The translations under genes were made by a program, and so were the position numbers. The notes under the pieces were generated by a model. That model searched no databases and was not told where the DNA came from. It saw nothing but the letters and a program-made list of their open reading frames with translations. A DNA stretch of 64,000 nucleotides from a virus, in the UHGV virus genome UHGV-0038492, one strand, 5' to 3'. This document shows positions 48,908 to 56,961 of this stretch, piece after piece (within the stretch, counting starts at the first letter, position 1; every line of letters starts with the position of its first letter).

Positions 48908-49400
48908 CTTTAAAATCAAAGAGTTAGTACCGCAATCGTACATCACCAAATACGGTGATTCTGCAATTCGGTTTATGAACCCGCTGTTAATGATTTCGCT
49001 ACAGCAGATTCGTAACCGTTTCGGCAGAATGGTAATTAACTCGTCTGCTGCGCAACAACGTGGTTTAAGAACCTTAGACTTTTTCATCAACCAAGAAAAG
49101 CCTAAGGGTGGTAACTATAAACAACGTGCTTTACAACTCTATTCCGATTCAGGAAGTCAGCACAAGTTCGGTAACGCGTTCGACGCAACATTGTTAGATT
49201 CAACGGTAAAACAAGTCCACGATTACATCGCCGCCAATCCTGATGAGTTTCCGTTTATTCACTTTATTGAATGCGACATCAGTTGGTTACATATCGATGT
49301 TCGTAACCAACCGAATATCACGTTCTGGTCACCGAATCGGGGTACTGTGAAAGTCGCGAAACAAAGCCCTATCGATTGGAGCGCCTTAGTTAAAATCTAA
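48885..49400 (+). CDS. peptidase M15-like zinc metallopeptidase (peptidoglycan peptidase type)
   Basis: SQHKFGNAFDAT fits the SxHxxGxAxD zinc-binding motif and a later WLHIDVR fits the second His motif; GGGAGGG upstream. Confidence 0.5.
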   Translation: MFHPNPSNFKIKELVPQSYITKYGDSAIRFMNPLLMISLQQIRNRFGRMVINSSAAQQRGLRTLDFFINQEKPKGGNYKQRALQLYSDSGSQHKFGNAFDATLLDSTVKQVHDYIAANPDEFPFIHFIECDISWLHIDVRNQPNITFWSPNRGTVKVAKQSPIDWSALVKI

Positions 49401-49493
49401 GCGCATATTCCTTAACTTAGGGTGATTGTACCTTATTTTGTATAAACCGTCTTAGAACGCGTTCTAGCGCGCTCTACGGACAAAATAAACCTA

Positions 49494-49524
49494 CCCTCCT
49501 GCTTAGCAGGAGGGTATTTATTAT
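49494..49524. terminator. bidirectional terminator between convergent genes
   Basis: hairpin ccctcctgc-ttag-caggaggg plus T-rich tail. Confidence 0.6.
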
Positions 49525-50000
49525 TCTACCGGGTGCAGCATAGTGCCGGTATCTGGAATGCTGCCTTCGTGACATCTGAAGAACGTTACACCTTTACCTT
49601 CACCTGTTTTGTAGTTGATGGTAGAATACGCAAACGTTGGGGTTTTCGACAGTAACCCGTTTACACGGTAATAGCGCTCACCGGTAACAACGTTTAAGTT
49701 ACCGTCCACTTTACCTAACAGGTCTTTATAAAGTTGCGGAGATTCAATTTTACCTTCGTCCCATGTAGCGACCCAATTCGCTCCTGTATCCATGACTAAC
49801 ACCGAAAGGGGCATCAGTTTTAGGCTAGACGGTACCGGTTTAAAATCAGCGAATTCTTGAGAAGCACCTGTACAGGTGTAAATGACCATATCGTGTTGGT
49901 CAACAGGTACGGTGGAGAACTGACCTTCTGCGTTCGGCTGAATAGCACAACTTGCCAATGTCATTACAAAAGCAACGACCACGAGAATGCGTTTTAGCAT
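49521..50000 (-). CDS. lipoprotein (signal peptide with lipobox LASC)
   Basis: ATG at 50000 after AAGGA; MLKRILVVVAFVMTLASCA; the track start at 50060 is TTG. Confidence 0.6.
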   Translation of the reverse strand: MLKRILVVVAFVMTLASCAIQPNAEGQFSTVPVDQHDMVIYTCTGASQEFADFKPVPSSLKLMPLSVLVMDTGANWVATWDEGKIESPQLYKDLLGKVDGNLNVVTGERYYRVNGLLSKTPTFAYSTINYKTGEGKGVTFFRCHEGSIPDTGTMLHPVE

Positions 50001-50139
50001 AATCTCATCCTTATTAAAATTAAGAAAAATTAATTTTTTCAGGTTAGCGCTTACTGCCAACCGTCATATCTATATTTTAGGAAATGTCTAAAATAACATT
50101 CTTATGCAATCCACCCCTGCCACTTACGAGGTAAAAACG

Positions 50140-50676
50140 ATGGCTAAAGCCTTCAAACAGCAGCTCATCGAAGCTGTAATTGCTAAAAACTCAGAAACCG
50201 CTTCTAATCTGACGGTTGCTGATGTTGATTTTGGCGCTGTTGCTGAGTTCAGCGGAGACGCTGGCCGCAACACTAAAATTACCCTGACCGCCAAGGCAGA
50301 AAGCCAGAACTTCAAAGGCGAGAAAGAATTCCACTACATTCGTCTGGCTTCTCAAGACCTGATCGGTGCTAAAGCTTACGAACAAGCCGGTAGCCTCGAT
50401 CTGGAAAACTCTGCCATTGTAACCAAACTGAACGAAGAAATGGTTACTAAAGGTTATGTCGATGACGAGTTTGCAGAGAGCGAACTGTCCATTGAGAAAT
50501 CCGAAGGCGACAGCGGTGCTAAAGTTTACACTGTCAAAGTAAGCGAAGGTCACATCAAATTCCTGGCTGGTACCATTGCCACCTTCACTTATTCCAACCC
50601 AGCTCCTGAGAAGGTAGCACTGAGCGGTCTGGAAGGTGAACTTGATGGCTTCACTGCGCCGGGTGTCGGTGGCTAA
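50140..50676 (+). CDS. member of the six-gene paralog family (paralog of 50748..51278)
   Basis: GRNTKITLTAKAESQNFKGEKEFHYIRL and C-terminal GELDGFTA shared with the next gene; ATG at 50140 after GAGGT. Confidence 0.55.
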   Translation: MAKAFKQQLIEAVIAKNSETASNLTVADVDFGAVAEFSGDAGRNTKITLTAKAESQNFKGEKEFHYIRLASQDLIGAKAYEQAGSLDLENSAIVTKLNEEMVTKGYVDDEFAESELSIEKSEGDSGAKVYTVKVSEGHIKFLAGTIATFTYSNPAPEKVALSGLEGELDGFTAPGVGG

Positions 50677-50747
50677 GTAAGTTAAATCGGGGGGGGGGTG
50701 ACCTCCCCCGATATTTCTTTAACTCGTATTATTAAGGACCTAAGATA

Positions 50748-51278
50748 ATGGCCGCTACTAACCAGATGATGTTGGTCGCGCTTTATAATGCTGCTAACAC
50801 TGAGCTACCGCATCAGATTACAGATAAAGAAGTGTCCTTTGGTTTGCCTGCTGCGCTGGAAGGCGAAGGTAAGAATACCAAAGTTACCATGACCGCACTA
50901 CCGGGTTCTGAGAATTTCAAAGGCGAAATCGAACTGCATTACGATCGTCTGGAGCCAGGTGTTGTAGGACGGATTGAACTAACTGACGATCTGTCTCGCT
51001 GGGTTCAAGAAAATGAACTCCGTGCTTGGTTACAGTATTACATCAACAAAGTAAAACCTGACGACGCTATCGCACCAGGCGACGTTGTGTACAACACCGA
51101 AGACCAGAAAGACGAACATGAAAACGTCACTCTGCGTACCGTGACGTGCACCGTTACTGAAAAGAACCTCCGTTATAAACCAGGTGTAATGGCAACTTTC
51201 GTAATTACACCGAAGGTTGTCGATAATCGTATTGACCTGGCCACCACCAACGGTGAGTTGGACGGCTTTACTGCTTAA
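50748..51278 (+). CDS. member of the six-gene paralog family
   Basis: GKNTKVTMTALPGSENFKGEIELHYDRL; C-terminal NGELDGFTA. Confidence 0.55.
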   Translation: MAATNQMMLVALYNAANTELPHQITDKEVSFGLPAALEGEGKNTKVTMTALPGSENFKGEIELHYDRLEPGVVGRIELTDDLSRWVQENELRAWLQYYINKVKPDDAIAPGDVVYNTEDQKDEHENVTLRTVTCTVTEKNLRYKPGVMATFVITPKVVDNRIDLATTNGELDGFTA

Positions 51279-51315
51279 TCGCTAAGTCAACTACTATAAC
51301 AAAAAATAATAAGTT

Positions 51316-51352
51316 TACCTACCTCCGTAAAGGAGGTAGGTATTTTTTTTTG
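51316..51352. terminator. bidirectional terminator
   Basis: hairpin tacctacctcc-gtaa-aggaggtaggta flanked by an A-run and a T-run. Confidence 0.65.
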
Positions 51353-51359
51353 CCGCTAA

Positions 51360-52031
51360 TTACAGCCCTTGCTCTAATGCAAACGCTTTAATTGAATCGT
51401 AATCACGGGCTTCGGCCCAAGCTCTGACTTCTTTTTTCTGTTCCGTCATTGCCTGATGCAGTTGCTGGTCGCGTTGCACAATAGCACCCAGCAGTGTTTT
51501 GCACTGCTCTAACGTAAACGGTTCGATACGGGTGTTGTTGGCCGTTAACCAATACGCTGGCGCGGTTTCTGACTGAATATAACGACTCAGTGCTACCTGT
51601 GACTTCTCATCTGCCTGGAAAGTGAAATCACCCACTTGAATCTCGGCATACCGCGCATCCTGATAACGGAATTCCAATGCGCTTAGGATTTTCTGAACAT
51701 CGGTAAAGATATACCGCACAGTGGAGCGTAAACCCGTACGAATCTCTTCCAGGTCAATTCCCAACGTGTCGTTAACAAAGTCTTTCGCTTTCTGTAACGT
51801 AAATCGTGCTTCGATTTCAGACATGTCGTAGTTACGCATTTGTTCCAATGCTTCACGATCGGACATCCCATCAATCAATTTATAGTGCAGTAACGCACAA
51901 AAACCCGTACGACCATGATCTTCGCTACCGATTTTTTCCATATAGTTACCATGGCGGTCAATCGGTAAATCGTGCTCAAAATAACGACGACGGATTTCTT
52001 CTTTCGTTAAGCCTTCACCAGTAGCAGACAT
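51360..52031 (-). CDS. hypothetical protein, last gene of the radical-SAM cluster operon
   Basis: 223-codon ORF co-oriented with the cluster. Confidence 0.55.
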   Translation of the reverse strand: MSATGEGLTKEEIRRRYFEHDLPIDRHGNYMEKIGSEDHGRTGFCALLHYKLIDGMSDREALEQMRNYDMSEIEARFTLQKAKDFVNDTLGIDLEEIRTGLRSTVRYIFTDVQKILSALEFRYQDARYAEIQVGDFTFQADEKSQVALSRYIQSETAPAYWLTANNTRIEPFTLEQCKTLLGAIVQRDQQLHQAMTEQKKEVRAWAEARDYDSIKAFALEQGL

Positions 52032-52579
52032 TCATCGTCTCCTTTAATCAATCCTAATTCGATTAACAGTTCAAAATCGATATGACGGAATCTTGTATCA
52101 AAATCCGATTCCCAATCGATGCGGATACCCTGGCACTCTTCTGATGTTAGCTCGGGAAAAATTACGGTATTAAATTTCTCACGCTCATCGTAAAACCCAT
52201 CAATCGGTGAGTTCGGGTTACGCGTTGCGAAAATAGTAATACCAGGGAAAGATAATGCTAACACAGTGATAGATTCTGCGCTGGGCTCACTTAAAGAGCG
52301 GCGTAGAAACGCAATTTTGTGGCGTGGGAAGTCCAATACGCGTTCTTCAAACCCTGGATTACGTTTTTCGATTTCCGCTACCGACAGGTCAGTAAGTTCG
52401 GTGCAATACATTGGGATGATTACAGTCACGCCGTGGCGAATCAGTAAACGTTTTACGTCATCGGTAAAATCTTCGCCGTTAATCATCACGTAACAACCGA
52501 ACAGCTTACTGTTTTCCAGAAACTTATCCAGAAGTCGAATTCTACGCTTCGTAATATTGTTGATCAGAATTGGTTTCAT
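52007..52579 (-). CDS. hypothetical protein in the radical-SAM cluster
   Basis: 190-codon ORF; AAGAGAAG upstream of ATG; start overlaps the upstream gene. Confidence 0.5.
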   Translation of the reverse strand: MKPILINNITKRRIRLLDKFLENSKLFGCYVMINGEDFTDDVKRLLIRHGVTVIIPMYCTELTDLSVAEIEKRNPGFEERVLDFPRHKIAFLRRSLSEPSAESITVLALSFPGITIFATRNPNSPIDGFYDEREKFNTVIFPELTSEECQGIRIDWESDFDTRFRHIDFELLIELGLIKGDDECLLLVKA

Positions 52580-53864
52580 CTTTGGCTTCTCTTAATAATT
52601 TTTCCTTTTGGGCGCGTTCACGAACACAGCGTGGGCAATAACACATACTCGTGTCGTGGAACGCTTTTGCTGACGTCGTACCCATCTTCTGTTTCCAGTA
52701 TTCCGCCACCATCAGTTTCGCTGTCGTCCACCCGCACTGACGTCGCTCAGCGTGATACGCTTTACGGTCTTCCAGTGTCCCTTCACCGTTTTCGTAAGAA
52801 GCCGCAGCGCAGCTACCACAAGCGTGTTTCATCGGACAACCTAAGCACGTCTCTGGATAGTTGGTATATTGTGTTTGAATCTCTTCTAACAATTTACCGT
52901 TGTCCAGGCTGACGAATTCCCGACCTACCAACTCAAATACCGCAGAACGTGATGTTACGGTTGACATAAAGCGATTGCAACCGAAGATCTTACGGTCAAA
53001 ACCTAAACACGTCATGTGTGTTAATGTCCCACAGAACGGACGTAAACGTTCTGGGTTCAACCGCACCGTGTCATTATAAAGTAATTGATCACGCCAGTTC
53101 GGTTCCCAAATCGTATCGAAATCCAACCCTTCTGGGATGATGTGCGATAAGATATTACGTGGGTTGGTGTGTAATCCTTTCTCGACCCAATAATCAATCA
53201 CATCCATCATCTGCAATGCAATTGAAGTAGCCATCCCACGTGGCATAATGTCTTCGAAGGTTACGTTGCCGGAGATAGTTCCGCCACCAGTAATATCAAT
53301 TAATGACTTCATTCCGGCAGCATAGTACGGTAACGTTTCTAACGTAAAGGTCGCCTTTACGCCAAGCTCTGCAATGCCAACCTCTTTTAAGTAGTTATAG
53401 CCTCGTACTGCGGCTTCGTAAGAACCCTGGCGCGTCGTTGTAAAGATACGATAACGGTCATGGGACTCAGGTAAGCCGTCAATTGAAACCCCAACCGAAA
53501 GTTTGTCTTTCCAACGCTCTACGATCTCACGGTTCAACGGGCGATCTAACAACGTCCCGTTTGTGGAAATACTAAACATAAACGGCCGATTATGTTCTTT
53601 ACACAACTGCTCGGCGGTTTCAAATGCAGCCAGCAGCAACTTAGGCTGCATGAACGGTTCACCACCGATAATGTCAATAATAACTTCAACATTCGGTTCG
53701 TTTTTATCGCGTTCAAAACAGGCGTGCAAGAAATCAACAATATCTGCCGCTTTGTTGTTACGCGGGTACTTACGTTCGTAACAATATTCGCAGTCCAGGT
53801 TACACGAAAGGTTCGTTACAATCTGATACGTTAGCTGCTTAGGGAATTCATTTACCTGACTCAT
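52542..53864 (-). CDS. radical SAM enzyme with SPASM-type C-terminal Cys-rich domain (anSME/peptide-maturase-like)
   Basis: CNLDCEYC (CxxxCxxC) at residues 21-28, GGEP SAM motif, C-terminal cysteines in CGTLTHMTC...GC and CLGCPMKHACGSC; GAGGGG upstream of ATG. Confidence 0.8.
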   Translation of the reverse strand: MSQVNEFPKQLTYQIVTNLSCNLDCEYCYERKYPRNNKAADIVDFLHACFERDKNEPNVEVIIDIIGGEPFMQPKLLLAAFETAEQLCKEHNRPFMFSISTNGTLLDRPLNREIVERWKDKLSVGVSIDGLPESHDRYRIFTTTRQGSYEAAVRGYNYLKEVGIAELGVKATFTLETLPYYAAGMKSLIDITGGGTISGNVTFEDIMPRGMATSIALQMMDVIDYWVEKGLHTNPRNILSHIIPEGLDFDTIWEPNWRDQLLYNDTVRLNPERLRPFCGTLTHMTCLGFDRKIFGCNRFMSTVTSRSAVFELVGREFVSLDNGKLLEEIQTQYTNYPETCLGCPMKHACGSCAAASYENGEGTLEDRKAYHAERRQCGWTTAKLMVAEYWKQKMGTTSAKAFHDTSMCYCPRCVRERAQKEKLLREAKDETNSDQQYYEA

Positions 53865-54771
53865 TTGCCGCCCCTCTATTACGACCTGCCATCACTACGC
53901 GACGAATATATTCGTACGCCTCTACACCGATAGAGAAGGCCAGTTGGTTACACCCGGATTCCAGTACGTTAGGTGCGTTCTGGAGCTGGTGCTCACCACC
54001 GTCTGCATTAATCCAGAGACTTTCGCTGCAAACGTTACACCCTTCTTCAAACACTTTACTTACCGTAAAACCACATTCACGACTGTTTACTACATTCAGT
54101 CGTTCAATGTTGTCCTGAACCCGATAGTAGCCGTAAATAAAGTTCATGACGTGGTCAGGTGATAAAGGCTTTGGCATTTTCGCATCTAAGAGTAACGTCA
54201 TTGCTCGGAAACCGTAATGGTAAATCGCGCTGTGCAGCTGAATAATATCTTCATGCCAACGTTTATCCCCCAAACGGTCCCGTGTCAAGACACCCCAAGT
54301 CTGGACATTATCCAGCTCGTAGATCGTTTCCAGTGCTTCGTAACAGCCTTCGTCAATAAAGCGCATAAATGGACGCTCAGACGACTTAAACCCATCGATG
54401 CTAACGTAGACATTGTCAAACTGTTTTAGCAACGGGAGATGCGATTTACGCATCTTTAAGCCATTGGTATACAACTGGTGTTTGAGTTCTGGACGAATCA
54501 CTTTTAATTCGTCAACAAACGCCTCAATTTTACGGGTTGCCAATAGTGGCTCACCACCCGTCCACTGAATTTCGGTAATGGTTGGATTAGCTTCCAGCGC
54601 TTCCAAAATTCGCTCACGTTGAAACTCTCGCGGAGAATCTTCACGATTCATGTAATAGGCTCCACCGCAGAAGCTACAATCCAGGTTACACTTGGACGTA
54701 GCGACTACGGACAATACGGTGGGTTTATCGTATAAACGATTCGATAACCTTGGTTCTGCATTGGTTGTCAT
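53848..54771 (-). CDS. radical SAM enzyme (paralog, shorter Cys-containing C-terminus)
   Basis: CNLDCSFC at residues 28-35, TGGEPLL motif, C-terminal CGF...CNVC. Confidence 0.75.
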   Translation of the reverse strand: MTTNAEPRLSNRLYDKPTVLSVVATSKCNLDCSFCGGAYYMNREDSPREFQRERILEALEANPTITEIQWTGGEPLLATRKIEAFVDELKVIRPELKHQLYTNGLKMRKSHLPLLKQFDNVYVSIDGFKSSERPFMRFIDEGCYEALETIYELDNVQTWGVLTRDRLGDKRWHEDIIQLHSAIYHYGFRAMTLLLDAKMPKPLSPDHVMNFIYGYYRVQDNIERLNVVNSRECGFTVSKVFEEGCNVCSESLWINADGGEHQLQNAPNVLESGCNQLAFSIGVEAYEYIRRVVMAGRNRGAANESGK

Positions 54772-54792
54772 TGCAGGTGACTCCGGTCGTTT

Positions 54793-55680
54793 TTAAATAT
54801 AATCAATGGCGAACAAAGGATCGTCGTCTACGTTAGCACCAGGGGTTAACAAGAATGGAGAGTTATACGCTTCCAAAATACGGTTAAGGTCTTTATAACG
54901 GACATTTAAACGTTCTAAATCCGCTAACGTTACGTTACGGTCCAACACCGCCGACACTGCTGCTTTCTCTTCGTCAGTTAACGTGACTTTCGTCATTAAG
55001 AAACTAACGAGTTTTGCCAGATCCGCTTCTGTTGACGGATGCTCGCCGATACGCGTTTGAATCAAATGCTGCATCCATGGTTTACGGATGCGTTTTGTGA
55101 TCTCATGTTCATCCGTTAGGGCAACCCACACGGAACGTTCACGATCCCACACGAACTTATAGCTATACGCCATTAAATCCGCTAAACAATTAATCCCTAA
55201 GGCTTCGTACCCTTCAATTTCAATATACGATTCCGTATCGAAATAGTTCTTCGTTTCTGGTGTTACCAGGGTAAAGAAATACGGGAACGAGCCCAAGTAA
55301 TCTGGTGACCACCAACGACGGGCAACCGGTTTTGCACCCATTTCTTCAAACGGGGTAAAGAACAATTCCATATCCACGGAGTTATTCAAAATCCCATCAC
55401 TAAAGAAATATTTACCTGCAACCAATTTACCACGCAACTCAGAGTCACCGGTAAATACCACTACACTTTCTGCCGTCAGATCACGAATCTTAAACGTATT
55501 TTCTACACGATAGTTTTTACGATCGGTAAAGAAACGTCCGCGCACTTTAGGCCATTCGCCTGGCAATTGCGTCAGCAGACGAACTTCATCTGCTAAGTGT
55601 GCACGTACGGAATCAGGGGAAGAAATGTGAAGTGGATGATTGAAAATCGTTTTGTACGCTAAATGTAAATCATTCTTCAT
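54793..55680 (-). CDS. hypothetical protein in the radical-SAM cluster (possible accessory/partner protein)
   Basis: ATG at 55680 after GGAG; the track start at 55692 is TTG. Confidence 0.55.
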   Translation of the reverse strand: MKNDLHLAYKTIFNHPLHISSPDSVRAHLADEVRLLTQLPGEWPKVRGRFFTDRKNYRVENTFKIRDLTAESVVVFTGDSELRGKLVAGKYFFSDGILNNSVDMELFFTPFEEMGAKPVARRWWSPDYLGSFPYFFTLVTPETKNYFDTESYIEIEGYEALGINCLADLMAYSYKFVWDRERSVWVALTDEHEITKRIRKPWMQHLIQTRIGEHPSTEADLAKLVSFLMTKVTLTDEEKAAVSAVLDRNVTLADLERLNVRYKDLNRILEAYNSPFLLTPGANVDDDPLFAIDYI

Positions 55681-55947
55681 TGATTGCTCCAACTATTTTA
55701 CGGTCAAACGGACGTTCAGGGTATAGAACCCACCCCGCCATTGTCTGCCGGTAACTTGAAACTCAGCAGTAAACCCATTCGATTTACTCGGTTGCTGGTT
55801 AATCGCCATACTACCGCCGGAATTCTTAAAACCTCTAAAGAGATAGAAGCAGAAGTCGCATTACCGATTGAGTCTATCTTAAAACTAGCCGCATCTGTAA
55901 AATTGACAGTAATACCATCACCCATCGCAACTCGGGGAAAGGCTTAC

Positions 55948-56154
55948 TTACCGCCCCCCTGCTCCCTTACTACAGCTACCGCTGCACGACCAGCTACATC
56001 CACCGTTACAGTTGTAGTGGCTTAAAGGTAAACCGGCAAGGTTATTGGTTGAAGACACGGTACCCTGGTTTGCAATATAGTTGTTTGCGTTAGCGGTCGT
56101 AATATACCCTTCCGCTGTTACTAAACGATCACGAAGGTTCTTAAGGCTAATCAC
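55948..56154 (-). CDS. Cys-rich peptide, short third copy (leader plus 4-Cys core)
   Basis: GTG start 2 nt after the upstream stop with GGGAGG SD; leader ISLKNLRDRL... and core CNGGCSWSCSGSC. Confidence 0.5.
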   Translation of the reverse strand: MISLKNLRDRLVTAEGYITTANANNYIANQGTVSSTNNLAGLPLSHYNCNGGCSWSCSGSCSKGAGGR

Positions 56155-56156
56155 AA

Positions 56157-56555
56157 TTACCTCCCAGAACACCCACCGGAACAAGAACCTGAACAGCCTG
56201 AAGAACAGTTCCCTGTACACGCGTTAGAACAGCTCCCCGTGCAACTTCCTGAACACCCACCGGAGCAGGTATTCGAACATCCGCTACAGCCCGCGCTACA
56301 ACCTGATACGCAGTTTGCAGAACACGAGGAACCACAACCACCGGATGCGTTTCCTGTGCAGCCACCAGAACAACTCGAACACGTCCAGCTACAACTACCT
56401 CCGCAGTCGTAGTGATTGCGGGCCTGTCCTCCGAATAAGTCTGCGTTGTTTGTCGCTTTCCCGCGAATATAGTTTTGTACTGCACCCGTATTCTTCAATG
56501 CAGTGCTGTCAATGTTATTTAACCGCGCTTGTAGCGCAGGTAATCCAATTGCCAT
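56157..56555 (-). CDS. Cys/Gly/Ser-rich peptide precursor (about 50-aa Cys-free leader, about 80-aa core with 20 Cys)
   Basis: AAGAGGTG upstream of ATG; core of repeated C-x2/3 units such as CSGGCSGSCTGSCSNAC. Confidence 0.65.
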   Translation of the reverse strand: MAIGLPALQARLNNIDSTALKNTGAVQNYIRGKATNNADLFGGQARNHYDCGGSCSWTCSSCSGGCTGNASGGCGSSCSANCVSGCSAGCSGCSNTCSGGCSGSCTGSCSNACTGNCSSGCSGSCSGGCSGR

Positions 56556-56565
56556 TTTTCACCTC

Positions 56566-56961
56566 TTAGGTTGGGCCAGAACAGCCGCCAGAGCAGGCAC
56601 CAGAACAACCCGTAGAACAACGGCCTGAGCAAGCACCCCCACAGGTTCCGCTACAACCTGAACACCCACCTGAACACGTTGAGCTACATCCAGTACATTG
56701 GTTACCGCACGCAGAGGAGCAGCTGCCTACACACACAGACGTACAAGTACCCGAACAGCTCGTACAACCATGCGTACAGCCGTTTGAGCACGTCCAGCTA
56801 CAACTACCTCCGCAGTCTAACCGGTTTGGCGTCCAACCCGAAAATGTGTCGGCTGCATTATGTGCTTTCGACGCAACTTGCGGATCAACACGTGGGCCAG
56901 TTGCCATTTGGTTCTCTACGTTGGTGATTCGGTCACGTACGTTTTTAACACTGATCGCCAT
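56566..56961 (-). CDS. Cys/Gly/Ser-rich peptide precursor (leader plus core with 21 Cys)
   Basis: ATG at 56961 after TAAGGA; leader VKNVRDRITNVENQ...; core begins CGGSCSWTCS. Confidence 0.65.
   Translation of the reverse strand: MAISVKNVRDRITNVENQMATGPRVDPQVASKAHNAADTFSGWTPNRLDCGGSCSWTCSNGCTHGCTSCSGTCTSVCVGSCSSACGNQCTGCSSTCSGGCSGCSGTCGGACSGRCSTGCSGACSGGCSGPT

Noticed and set aside
50124-50553. Minus-strand ORFs 50124..50315 and 50191..50553
   Set aside because: Antisense to the 50140..50676 gene, which has an SD and a paralog next door.
53503-54429. Plus-strand ORFs inside the radical-SAM genes (53503..53781, 53592..53834, 53944..54162, 54217..54429)
   Set aside because: Antisense to rSAM genes that carry clear catalytic motifs; no start signals.
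55684-56220. Track ORFs 55684..56025(+) and the long version of 55948..56220(-) starting MYRELFF
   Set aside because: The plus ORF is antisense to the third precursor. The long minus version would overlap the second precursor by 64 nt; a GTG at 56154 with GGGAGG SD gives a start that matches the leaders of the other two copies.
56147-56927. ORFs 56147..56485(-), 56315..56569(+) and 56679..56927(+) overlapping the Cys-rich genes
   Set aside because: Alternative-frame or antisense shadows of the precursor genes; no SD and low-complexity products. The Cys-rich frames have SDs, tandem organisation and a conserved leader.
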